64,000 bases of DNA from Octopus vulgaris (lineage: Eukaryota), in NCBI GenBank assembly GCA_951406725.2, contig OX597818.1, positions 60,140,001 through 60,204,000 of the forward strand. Direction: 5' to 3'. A program made the translations under genes and the position numbers. The notes below the pieces were generated by a model. It searched no databases. It had not been told where the DNA came from and saw only the letters and a list, made by a program, of their open reading frames with translations. This document shows positions 1-10,812 of the stretch, piece after piece. Position 1 is the first letter of the stretch; each line of letters begins with the position of its first letter.

Positions 1-75
1 TAAATATATATACATATATGCATACACACATGCACACATATATATGTATGTGCATATATATATATATATATATAA

Positions 76-400
76 CGGGAAGCTTTATGAAAATAGACAA
101 AAGACGAAGGCAGGTTTACGGAAATAAACAAAAGACGAAGGCAGGTGGAATACAAACAAACAATTGTATTAGTATGGCGCTCAGGAAATATAAATAAAAC
201 AAGTCTTTAACATTTCGAGCCTACTCTCTTCAACAGAAAGATACACAGAGAAAAAACACAGAAAGAAGGAGAGAAAAAAAATGTGTGCAGAGGCTAGCGA
301 ATCAACATGGCGATCTGATTTCGGCCAGAAGTCAAAGATCAAACATGAGACGCAAGAGCGAAATTAGAGGAGATAATAGGCTTGAATGACCTCACTCCAA
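76..400 (-). mobile_element. Penelope-like pseudo-LTR fragment (hammerhead family B), abutting (TA)n
   Basis: Reverse complement is homologous to the tandem units at 2190-2575 (ttttttctctcctt...tctttctg.tgaagag.gtaggctcgaaa...cctgccttcgtcttttg) and contains a hammerhead-like core. Confidence 0.6.
204..241 (-). ncRNA. Degenerate minimal hammerhead ribozyme (family B)
   Basis: Minus strand reads TCTTT-CTGTTGA-A-GAGA-GTAG-GCTC-GAAAT-GTT-AAAGA. Stem I is TCTTT/AAAGA and stem II is GAG/CTC; the core has an A6U change and CpG decay in stem III. Confidence 0.45.
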
Positions 401-524
401 CATAAGAGTGTGTGTGTGTGTATGAGAAGTGTGTGTGTGTGTGTATGAGAGAGTATTAGTGCGTATGAGAGGTCCGGACGTGTGTATGTATATATGATGT
501 GATGTGTAAAGTTGTATGGTGTAG

Positions 525-905
525 TGTAGAGAGAGGAGATGAGGGAAGAGGGGAGAGGGGAGAGGGGGAGAAAGAAAGGGGAGAAGAGGGGAGAAGAGAA
601 GGGGGAAGGGGAAGGGGGAGAAGGAAGGAGAGGAGAAGAGGAGGGGGAGAAGGAGAGGAGAAGAGAGGAGGGGAGAGGAGGAGGGAGGATAGAGGAAGAG
701 GGGGAGAGAGAGAGAAGGGGAGTGAGGGAGCAGAGAGTAAGAGGGAAGGGGAAGAAGGAAGAAGGAGGGAGGGAGAAAGAGGGAAGAAGGGAAGAGGAGT
801 AGGGGGTGAAAGGATGAAGGACTGAAGAGAAGTAGGGGTCGGGGGGAGGTTAGATGAGGAGGGGGGGTTAGATGAGGAGGGGGGTTAGATGAGGAGGGGG
901 GAGAG
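525..905 (+). repeat. Polypurine G/A-rich low-complexity tract ending in 3x ~18-bp GGGGGTTAGATGAGGAG tandem
   Basis: Direct inspection; the tandem units lie at ~846-900. Confidence 0.9.
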
Positions 906-969
906 TTGAGACCAAATGGCGTATAAGAGCGAAGAGAGAAGATTAATTCCTGTTCACATATATATATAA

Positions 970-1164
970 ATAAGGATAAGATCGTTAATCTAAAAATAAA
1001 ATAACGATTTTATCAAGCGGTAAGCATGGAAAAAATAACCTTCAAAGGTAATAATTATTAAAATTATAAATTAGGGTATCTAAGGTGGTTTTAGAGTCAG
1101 ATCATGGCTGCTATTTTTAGCACGGTGGTATCTCGTAGATACCCTAATTTATAATTTTAATAAT

Positions 1165-1165
<1 letters not shown>
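970..1165. mobile_element. (TA)n-flanked interspersed repeat with internal fold-back inversion (probable Penelope-like terminus)
   Basis: Homologous to 63730-63895. A 29-bp perfect inverted repeat (attattaaaattataaattagggtatcta) sits at ~1054-1082 and ~1136-1164. Confidence 0.55.
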
Positions 1166-1206
<41 letters not shown>

Positions 1207-1308
1207 AGAGTAAGCACATGAATGTGAAACAAGGTGGAAAAATTAGTACTCGAATACCAGAGATAGAGTAATATGCTTTATTAACAAAGCATATTATGCA
1301 GTTTTAGT

Positions 1309-1690
1309 GATGTGAAGACCTGTTGAGGCAGGTGAAATCGTTGTCATAGCTAATGACAGCGCTGCATGACTGGCACTCATGCTAGTGGAACGTAAAAATC
1401 ACCATTCGAGCATGGTTGTTGCTAGCATCACCTGACTGGTTCCTGTGCAGGTGGCACGTGAAAAGCACCATTTGAGCATGGTCGATGCCAGTACTGCCTG
1501 ACTGGCCCTCATGCCAGTGGCACGTTAAAGCACCCACTACACTCACAGAGTGGTTGGCATTAGGAAGGGCATCCAGCTGTAGAAATTTTGCCAAATCAGA
1601 TTTGATCCTGGTGCAGCCTTCAGGTTCACCAGCCCTCAGTCAAGCTCTCCAACCCATGCCAGCATGGAAAGCAGACGATGATGATGGTGA
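1309..1690 (+). mobile_element. RTE LINE 3' UTR fragment (5'-truncated) with ~3 array units and (GAT)n tail
   Basis: Matches the 3' UTR that follows the RTE ORF at 14250-14958 (gtgaagacctgttgaggca...ttggcattaggaagggcatccagctgtagaaa...catggaaagcagacgatgatgat). Confidence 0.85.
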
Positions 1691-1694
1691 CATG

Positions 1695-1748
<54 letters not shown>

Positions 1749-2189
1749 ATGTGTAAATACAAATTTGTTTCCAGTTCAAATATGTTTAAGGCATATCCAA
1801 ACCTGTAAGAGAGCCTCTCACAGTATTTTGAGGAGAAGATCTCTCACTGTAGACAAATATGCGCAAATACGCCAAGTCAGCTTACAGTGGTCCCTAACCA
1901 GACTGTTGGTGGCATGCATTTCGAAGTAATTATCTCCTCTTCAGCAACAGAGACCAGAAGAGGAGATGTTGCAAAGTGAAATGAGAGACTGGTCCTTCTT
2001 ATGATATTCCTGTCATTGTTCAATGCCCACTGGTTGCACAGTGCATGTGTGTGTGTGTGTGTGTACACGTACTCATGTATCTCTCAGAAATTAAACTGTG
2101 TGCTCTACACAACTTGATGTATGAACCTCCCCTACTTTAACCACTCAAGCATAACCATACAGCATATTATCTCACTTACCAACTATGGA

Positions 2190-2575
2190 ATGCACTACAC
2201 ACATTTTTTTCTCTCCTTGTTTTTTCTGTGTCCCTTTCTGAAGAAGAGCATAGCCTCGAAACATTAAAGACTTTTACACTTCCTGTCATTGTTCAATGCT
2301 TACTGGTTGCACAGTGCATGTTTGTGGTCTACACACTGGTCTTCATCATTTGTTTTTTTGTGAATTCTCCTTATATATATATATATGATAGATCGTTAGC
2401 TACTACACACATTTTTTTTCTCTCCTTGTTTTATTCTGCGTCTCTTTCTGTAGAAGAGCATAGGCTCAAAATGTAAAAGACTTTTTCTATTCCTGAGAGT
2501 TATACTAATACATCTGTTTGTTTTCTACACCACCTGTCTTCGTCTTTTGTTGTTTTTTTTTCATAAATCACCCCT
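2190..2575 (+). mobile_element. Tandem pair of Penelope-like pseudo-LTR units, each with a hammerhead motif (family B)
   Basis: Two ~190-200 bp direct repeats start ctacacacattttttttctctccttgttt, separated by (TA)n. Hammerhead-like cores at 2234-2271 and 2443-2481. Confidence 0.65.
2234..2271 (+). ncRNA. Minimal hammerhead ribozyme (family B), partly decayed
   Basis: CTTT-CTGAAGA-A-GAGC-ATAG-CCTC-GAAAC-ATT-AAAG: canonical CUGANGA and GAAA boxes, stem I CTTT/AAAG, short stem II and loop-less stem III as in Penelope hammerheads. Confidence 0.55.
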
Positions 2576-2714
2576 TACCAATTTAGTTGTTGGTTCATAT
2601 TCTCAAATAGCAATCATTCTAAATGGAGCAGGAAAGAATCACATTGGACATTTTGTCCTTGTTTTATGTAAACATGGTGGCATGAGAAACACCTCCCCCA
2701 CCCCACCCCGAGCT

Positions 2715-3380
<666 letters not shown>

Positions 3381-3639
3381 CTTCAAATCAAAGTTTTTGA
3401 ATTTTTTTTTTGTTTGAGAGGAAGATTATCATCAGCATATTTTACTGAAAGCTGGACAGGTGACGAATGGATTGAATAAGATTTTAGATATCAACAGGAA
3501 CTAAGAACAGGACATTATCAATATTTTATGGGTAAAGTGAACTGTGACACCACAAAGAGTTATACTGGCAGTGCTAAGTTCACATGTTCCTTCACTGAGC
3601 TTTACAAGTCATCATCATCAGCCTCATCATCATCATCCT

Positions 3640-3916
3640 CATCATCAACGTCACCATTGTTTTTAAATGTCCACTTTTCCATGCTTGCATGGCTCATACA
3701 GAATTTATTGAGGCAGGGTTTTTTTTTTTTTTGCATCCAGGTGCCCTTTCCTGTTGCTAACCTTTATGTTTCCAAGCGAAGTAATATCTCCTTAATGCTG
3801 GACATGTCATAACAGAAGATTAGAAGCAATGAGCTCTGATTGTATAGCAATGAAGCTAGTTTACAACTATCTTGTGTCGTCAAGACAAGAAGACACAAAC
3901 ACACTGACACATGCAT

Positions 3917-3972
<56 letters not shown>

Positions 3973-4580
3973 ACACATACATATGCACACACACAAATAC
4001 ACACAGATATACTTATATGATGGCCTTCTTTCAGTTTCTTATTTGTTTATTGCCCACAAGGGACTAAACACAGAGGGGACAAACAAGGACAAAGGGATTA
4101 AGTCGATTAGATCGACCCCAGTGCATAACTGGTACTTAATTATTTGACCCCAAAAGGATGAAAGGCAAAGTCAACCTCGGCGGAATTTGAACTCAGAACG
4201 TAACGGCAGACGAAATACCTATTTCTTTACTACCCACAAGGAGTTAAACACAGAGAGAACAAACAAGGACAGACAAACGGATTAAGTCGGTTACTTTGAT
4301 CCCAGTGTGTAACTGGTACTTAATTTATCGACCCCGAAAGGATGAAAGGCAAAGTTGACCTCGGCGGAATTTGAACTCAGAACGTAAAGACAGATGAAAT
4401 ATGGCTACGCATTTCACCCAGCGTGCTAACGTTTCCGCCAGCTCGCCGCCTTCTTTCAGTTTCTGTCAACCAAATCCACTCCTAAGGCTCTAGAGTAGAA
4501 GACCCTTCCCAAGGTGTCAAGCAATAGAATTGAACCCAAAACCATGTGATCAGGAAGCAAACTTCTTAACCACACAGCCA
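3640..4580 (-). mobile_element. Older tRNA/CORE-like SINE subfamily with internal (TG)n and RTE-type 3' tail, interrupted by a Meta-SINE dimer
   Basis: Head (ggctgtgtggttaagaagtttgct...accttgggaagggtcttctact) at ~4465-4580, (CA)n at ~3917-3980, tail ...aggaaagggcacc...catgcaagcatggaaaagtggacatt(gat)n at ~3640-3800. Confidence 0.65.
4040..4450 (-). mobile_element. Meta-domain tRNA-SINE, dimer
   Basis: Head ggcggcgagctggc.gaa.cgttagcacg plus two ~184-bp units with the Meta-like domain gtcgactttgcctttcatcctttcggggtcgataaattaagtacc. TSD ttctttcagtttct at 4026-4039 and 4451-4464. Confidence 0.85.
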
Positions 4581-4864
4581 GACTGTGCCTCCTAAGCCTG
4601 TGCCAGGCCACGTTCCGCAACATGTAAAGACAGTGGGTCTGATCACTCGAGATTTATGTCTATTCGTTAGAAACAACAATAATAAAACAGAAGAAGTTGA
4701 GAAGGTAAAGAAGTGAATTTAGACATGAAAAACTGGTTTAAAATATTTAACATTTAGTTAAATGTAAGATTCATAAATGTGTTGCAGAAGAAACGAGAAT
4801 AGAAATATTATTCCTTGAATGTCAAATCTATTTGTCAGAATGTGTTAGAATTTGTTCATATATA

Positions 4865-5431
4865 TTGGGCTGTTTGGAAAGTTCGTGCCGATTTATAGTA
4901 GCTTTCCTTTCGACTCATTTTAGAACAAGGTTGAGTCCATAAAATAGGATTTGACTACACCTCCAATTAGAGCGCAGTTTAAGCTACCTTTTCGTGGAAG
5001 AAGGTTTATGTTCCTATAACCTGTGTTAATTCTGTAACCCTTTAAAATGGAAGATAAGAAAGTTCATTTTCGACACTTGATGCTTTGGGAACCAGACAAA
5101 AATTGCTGCAGCTCGGCTGGGATGTGTTACTCCCACCCTCCATATTCACCAGTTATTGCTCCTTCGGATTTCCACTTATTCAGGTCTCTGCAGAATAGTC
5201 TTAATGGTAAAAATTTCAATTCCTTGGATGACGTTAATAGATACCTTGATGAATTCTTTGCCATGAAACCACCTCAGTTCTGGGAAGAGGGTACTTTCAA
5301 GTTGAAGGAAAGATGGAGATGCATAGTGCAACAAAATGGTTCATATTTGGTTGATTAAAAATGTAATGGCAAGTATTTATTGACCTTTTTCTTTCCTTTA
5401 AAAATCGGCACAAACTTTCCAGACAACCCAA
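4865..5431 (+). mobile_element. Internally deleted mariner (DD34D, mellifera-like) transposon
   Basis: TIRs ttgggctgtttggaaagttcgtgccgattt / aaatcggcacaaactttccagacaacccaa with TA on both sides. ORF 5047-5358 fuses the N-terminus MEDKKVHFRHLMLWE to the C-terminal HPPYSPVIAPSDFHLFRSLQNSLNGKNF motif. Confidence 0.93.
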
Positions 5432-5889
5432 TAATTCATATTCAGATTATGGTTCTCTTGTACAATTAGATAATGGCACAGATGTAGAAGAAAATACAAC
5501 ATAGACTTATTTCATTTTAAGCAGGAAACTGTAGATCATGGTAGCAATGTTGTAACATGTTAGCAACTAACAGATAATGGCTTGGTAATCTATCAAAAGC
5601 TACATGTTCGTTAACTGCTGTTGGCTTCCTCTCTGCAACATGACCTTAATTAGTTTATCCTCAGAGAAGAAGAAGAAATGATAATGGATTTACAAGTCTA
5701 GGCTCAATATAGAATGAGGCAGTTTGGAAAATTAATTGATGCTCTGAAGAATATGGAAGCTGTGATAATAATGAAGAAATTTGATTTCTAATAGAGGGAT
5801 TATTGTCCAGCCACGAAATAAGAATATTAATGAATATTTTCAATCATTTATTGCATATTACAATCCTAAGGGAAAATTAAGATTCTTAC

Positions 5890-5920
5890 CAATGTTTCTC
5901 ACAAAATAGACAACAAATGA
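5890..5920 (-). CDS. Candidate 31-nt micro-exon of an unidentified minus-strand host gene
   Basis: Long polypyrimidine acceptor (tttttttttttttgtgttattccag) and donor G|GTAAGA in unique sequence; open as SFVVYFVRNI or ICCLFCEKH. No homology recognised. Confidence 0.3.
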
Positions 5921-6317
5921 CTGGAATAACACAAAAAAAAAAAAATAAATGAAAAGATTGAAGACAGATATTGAGAAATGCCAATGAGCAAGTTGCATTT
6001 AACAAGGTTGCAGTTTGTCACAATACATGCATGCATGTATGAACATGTTGTGACAGGCAATGCATCCATACATACAGACAGACAGACAGACACAAAAACT
6101 ATGTATTGTCATAGAGGTCAGCTGACCTGCTGATATAAATATCTCAAAGAGAAAGTACATAACTATGGACAACTGCTTCAAAACCTCCAGCTTCTATATT
6201 CAGAATATACATTCACATTGAGTGTAGTGTGTGTGTGTGTGTGTATGTGTGTGCATGTACCTTTGTCTTGATATCATGTGATGGTTGTAAATGAGCATCC
6301 CTGTTATACAAGCAAGG

Positions 6318-6410
6318 TCCCCAAGAGGAAATATCAGCCGAAATGTTGTGTTAATAACAAAGAAGATGAGGACAAATATCTGTTGAATGTAAATAATGTA
6401 TATAATTCCT
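6318..6410 (+). mobile_element. 3' fragment of tRNA-hammerhead element (family A) with CTGATGA half deleted
   Basis: ccccaaga..atatcagccgaaatgttgtgttaataacaaagaagatgaggacaaatatctgttgaatgtaaataatgta matches the reverse complement of 8690-8795. Confidence 0.75.
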
Positions 6411-7657
6411 CATCTCTTAAATATAGAACTGTAATTCTTAGCAATAAACTAGATTATACCCCTGGTTGCAGCTAATCCATTTCAGTTTTATCCGAAATAC
6501 CCTTTTAAGACCAACATAAATATCACAAATCCATTTTCCCCCTCCTATGAAGCCACTAGGTGTGATCACACATTAGCAAAAGCTGCTAAATTATGAAAAT
6601 AAAAACATTTGATACTAAATTCTATTTTATCAGCATGTGAGATAAATAAATAGCTAATTAGCTATAATACACTAATTAACGCATTTAATTGATCCATTGA
6701 TTAAATGTAAGGCTGAAATTCCAAGGTCTGTAGTTAGCACATTCCTTTGAAAAATTTGCAAGCAAGGAGCTTAGAGAGTTCCTTTATATGCGACAGGAAT
6801 ATCTTTAGAATGCACAGTGGTGAGAATGAATAAATGGGTTAAAAAGTCAGAATATTTTCAATAATTTTTAGTTGTATTTCTTGTTTTTTTTTGTTTTTTT
6901 TCCATTTTTACTAGACAAATAAATTATACTTTAAGAGAGAGAAATTTAAAAGTGGTTGGCCAAAATAACAAACAAACAAACAAACACTTCTTTAATTTGG
7001 CTAAATAGTCTAATGGAAAAGAATAACGTCGTTATTGGTATTGGCAAATAAAACTAGCATCTAAGAGATAAGACATTCAACTAGAATACTCTGTGCAAGC
7101 AATATTTGAAAGATTACAGAAAACTTTGACTGCTGAAGTAGTTTAATTAATTGATAATAATTCTTGAACAAGATGTGAATTCCATTCTGACAAAATTTAC
7201 CTTTTCAATTCCATAATGTCTCTTAGCACTGCTTAATGGAAATGGCACCAGAAAAGTGGCAGATGTTATTTTGAAATTCTTTCTTTTTTTTTTTCCTTTT
7301 CTTTTTTCTTTTTCTTTTTCTTTTTTTTATTTGGTTTGTGAATTATTCATTTATTTACTTTTTTAATTGACCATAATGGAAGTGACAGGAAAAACTCTCC
7401 GCACATTCACAAAATGGCTCAACGGGAAGATTTTAAAACTGGAAATGGCATTAGCAATTCCAAAGGGATGTGATAAATATGGTAGCTAAATGGTTAGCGA
7501 AATGACCAAAATTTTCTTTTGATTGAGAACCATTTCAATTTCGTGGAGTGATTCGTAGAATGGACATCGGTGGGTTGCAGGTACCCAGGTGACCAGCCAC
7601 AGAATGGTATCAGGAAACAGCTCTTACACTGTTGTAACTGCCTGGTACTAAATTCGA

Positions 7658-7890
7658 AAGGCGGCGAGCTAGCAGAATCGTTAGCACGTCGGGCGAAATG
7701 CTTAGCGGTATTTCGTCTGCCGTTACGTTGTGAGTTCAAATTCCGCCGAGGTCGACTTTGCCTTTCATCCTTTAGGGGTCGATAAATTAAGTACCAGTTA
7801 AGCACTGGGGTCGATATAATCGACTTAATACCTATGTCTGTCCATGTTTGTCCCCTCTATGTTCAGCCCCTTGTGGGTAATAAAGAAATA
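7658..7890 (+). mobile_element. Meta-domain tRNA-SINE monomer
   Basis: Full head and one unit; 14-bp TSD ggtactaaattcga at 7644-7657 and 7891-7904. Confidence 0.9.
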
Positions 7891-8009
7891 GGTACTAAAT
7901 TCGATTACCCAGTGGCATGAAAGAGTTCCAATTCTTTATTGATTTATAAAAGAGGTAAATGAGAGTTTCAAACAGTGGCTTTTTTCTTTTCTTTTTTTTC
8001 ACAGTTAGG

Positions 8010-8594
8010 AGGCCACTGTTGAGGAGAGCACAGTGTCAGGGTGCATTGTTGTCGTAAAGAATCTAGACATTAAGTTTGCCTGCACAGACCCATATGACAG
8101 ACCAATAATATCAGCAAAAACACTGATTGTCCTCCAGCTAAGCCTCATGCACAAGCTGATGAATTTTCTCCACATTTTCAGGGATGATGGTCATGGCAGA
8201 TCTTCCAAATCCCTCATCGTCTTCCAAGGACGTTCTTCTGTTTTCGAAGCACCCATGTCACATGTAGCACTTTGTACGACTCATTGCCTAAGAGCTGTAA
8301 AATTACTGAAGCATGCTCAATATCTCAGTAGCAAGACTTCCCAAAGTTTAGCACAAAATTTCACATTGGCCCTTTTGTTCCAACTTCTGGTCCATGACAA
8401 AAATCGCTGACTACACCATACACGTGATCACACAAACAAAAATTTCTCGATTTCCAAATTAAACACAGTGGTGTCCCTCAGTAAATTGCTTCATGGAGGT
8501 CACTGCTACCTCCCGCTACAGATGCAACCATGTGCTGCCATCTGTTGGGGTGCTACAGAACTAGTCTAGAGATTTTTTCATACCACCTTGTATA
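8010..8594 (-). mobile_element. Decayed, internally deleted mariner transposon (5' TIR and N-terminal HTH region)
   Basis: Minus strand starts ta-caaggtggtatgaaaaaa...cagatggcagcac. With frameshifts and stops it translates to MDQKLEQRANVKFC...AMSRTKC...RRTSLEDDEGFGRS...ENVEKIHQLVHE...IIGLSYGSVQ and a DNNAP-H remnant. Confidence 0.8.
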
Positions 8595-8688
8595 ACATAG
8601 GAATTTGAAAAGCGATAACTTTATTAAGGACTCTGGCATCATGTTAGCAAAATTAAGATAATTAAATGCAACACTGATATACAAATTC

Positions 8689-8835
8689 ATTAATTACACT
8701 ATTTACATTTGACGGATATTTGTCCTCATCTTGTTTGTTGTTAACACAACGTTTCGGCTGATATACCCTCCAGCCTTCATCAGGTGTCTTGGGGAAATTT
8801 CGAACTTGGGTTCTCATTCCTAAGGTATTTTTCGA

Positions 8836-8902
<67 letters not shown>

Positions 8903-9002
8903 CATTATTATCATTATTATTCAGGCCACTGCCTAGAATCAAACTCGGAATCTTGGGGTTAGTAGCCCGTGCTCTTAACCGCTACACCATATGCCCGTGG
9001 GC
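8689..9002 (-). mobile_element. tRNA-headed hammerhead element (family A), best-preserved copy
   Basis: Sense order: tRNA-like head with A box (TGGTGTAGCGG) and B box (GAGTTTGATTC), (TAA)n, linker, hammerhead, (TGTAAATAA)-like tail. 10-bp direct repeat atacaaattc at 8679-8688 and 9003-9012. Confidence 0.85.
8743..8788 (-). ncRNA. Type I minimal hammerhead ribozyme (Penelope-type), intact core
   Basis: GACAC-CUGAUGA-A-GGCUG-GAGGGUAUAU-CAGCC-GAAAC-GUU^GUGUU. Stem I GACAC/GUGUU, stem II GGCUG/CAGCC, palindromic loop-less stem III (AACGUU), GUU cleavage triplet. Confidence 0.8.
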
Positions 9003-9076
9003 ATACAAATTCCTAGGAATCATGAACAACAACCTTAGGCTCCTTTTTGAATTTCTTATGTCAAACACTCATGAAC

Positions 9077-9234
9077 ATTATTTACATTATTTACATTTGA
9101 CGGATATTTGTCCTCATCTTGTTAGTTATTAACACAATGTTTCGGCTGATATACCCATTAGCGTTCAGCAGATGTCTTGGAGAAATTTTGAACCTGGGTT
9201 CTCATTCCTAGGGTATTTTTCAACGTTGTTGTTG

Positions 9235-9289
<55 letters not shown>

Positions 9290-9380
9290 CATTATTCTTC
9301 AGGTCACTGCCTGGAATCAAACTCGGAATCTTGGGGTTAGTAGCCCGTGTTCTTAACCACTACACCATATGCCCATGGGC
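9077..9380 (-). mobile_element. Second tandem tRNA-headed hammerhead element (family A), core decayed
   Basis: Colinear with 8689-9002; the core reads CUGCUGA and stem II is disrupted. Confidence 0.85.
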
Positions 9381-9979
9381 ATACAAATTCCTAGGAATCA
9401 TGAAGAGTCAAGTGCTTTCCATAGAGAGCTGTTACTGGGGTAAGCTGTGAAGATAGAAAAGTGGGTAGACAAAAGATCCTTAGCCCTTTTGATACCAATC
9501 CATCTGAGACCATCTCTGCTTCATACATAAATCTTGTCCAAAGTGATTTAAATGAAAACTTTCCATAACCACTTCTCAATGATTTAAGTTTAAAACACCA
9601 TCCAAATAAGGCCAAAGCTATTAAATTCTTCATCAATTTAAAATTAATTAAAAGTGTAATCTTGCATTTTTGAAGTGTGTTTTAACAGAAATATGGTAAG
9701 AAAAATATTAAAGAGGTCTACATTAAAATATTCCATTAAAATTTCATGTTAATTGATGTTTCAAATGCCATCTTAAAGAGTGATTTTATTAAATTCTTCA
9801 TCATTTTAAAAATTAATTAAAAGTGTATTTCAATGACGTAGTTTAGCAGAAATATGGTGAAAGTATTAAAGCAATCGAAATTAAAATATTCTAATAAAAA
9901 TTTCATGTTAATTTATGTTTTAAAGACTACATGAATATGGACAAAGTTATTTTATTAAATTCTTCATTATTTTTGTATC

Positions 9980-10812
9980 ACCTGATGCCAGTGCCCCCTG
10001 ATGTTGGTGCCATGAAAAAAAGCACTTACTACACTCTCAGAGTGGTTGGCATTAGGAAGAGCATCCAGCCATAGAAACCTTGTAGATAAGTCGGCAAGCT
10101 GGCAGAAATGTTAGCACGCCAGGCGAAATGCTTTCCGGTATTTCGTTTGCTGTTACGTTCTGAGATCAAATTCCGCCGAGGTCGACTTAGCCTTTCATCC
10201 TTTCGGGGTCGATAAATTAAGCAGCAGTTACGCACTGGGGTTGGTGTAATCGACTTAATCCCTTTGTCTGTCCTTGTTTGACCTCTCTGTGTGTAGCCCC
10301 TTTTGGGTAGTAAAGAAATAGGTATTTCGTCTGCCATTACGTTCTGAGATCAAATTCCGCCGAGGTTGACTTTGCCTTTCATCCTTTCCGGGTTGATAAA
10401 TTAAGCACCAGTTACATACTGGGGTCGATGTAATTGACTTAATCCGTTTGTCTGTCCTTGTTTGACCTCTCTGTGTGTAGCCCCTTTTGGGTAGTAAAGA
10501 AATAGGTATTTCGTCTGCCATTACGTTCTGAGATCAAATTCCGCCGAGGTTGACTTTGCCTTTCATCCTTTCCGGGTTGATAAATTAAGCACCAGTTACA
10601 ATACTGGGGTTGATGTAATTGACTTAATTCCTTTGTCTGTCCTTATTTGTCCCCTCTATGTTTAGCCCCTTGTGGGCAATAAAGAAATAAGAAACCTTGT
10701 CTGATCAGATTGGAGCTTGGTGCAGCCTCCTGGTTTGCCAGTTAGCAGTCAAACTGTCCAACCCATGCCAGCATGGAAAGCGGACGTTAAATGACGATGA
10801 TGATAATAATGA
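9980..10812 (+). mobile_element. RTE 3' UTR fragment split by a Meta-SINE trimer
   Basis: ...ggttggcattaggaagagcatccagccatagaaaccttgt | SINE | agaaaccttgtctgatcagattggagc...gcggacgttaaatgacgatgatg. Confidence 0.85.
10088..10689 (+). mobile_element. Meta-domain tRNA-SINE trimer (one head + 3 x 184 bp)
   Basis: Unit starts ggtatttcg at 10137, 10321 and 10505; 11-bp TSD agaaaccttgt at 10073-10083 and 10690-10700. Confidence 0.9.

Noticed and set aside
846-900. Interstitial telomeric repeat
   Set aside because: Only GGGTTAG within an 18-bp minisatellite; no (TTAGGG)n.
5047-5358. Functional or domesticated mariner transposase (SETMAR-like)
   Set aside because: A large internal deletion removes the DNA-binding domain and the first two catalytic residues.
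8925-9002. Genuine tRNA-Ser gene (also SINE heads at 19660-19737 and 40630)
   Set aside because: Imperfect acceptor and T stems, no long variable arm, unusual ACT anticodon, and always fused to repeat bodies.
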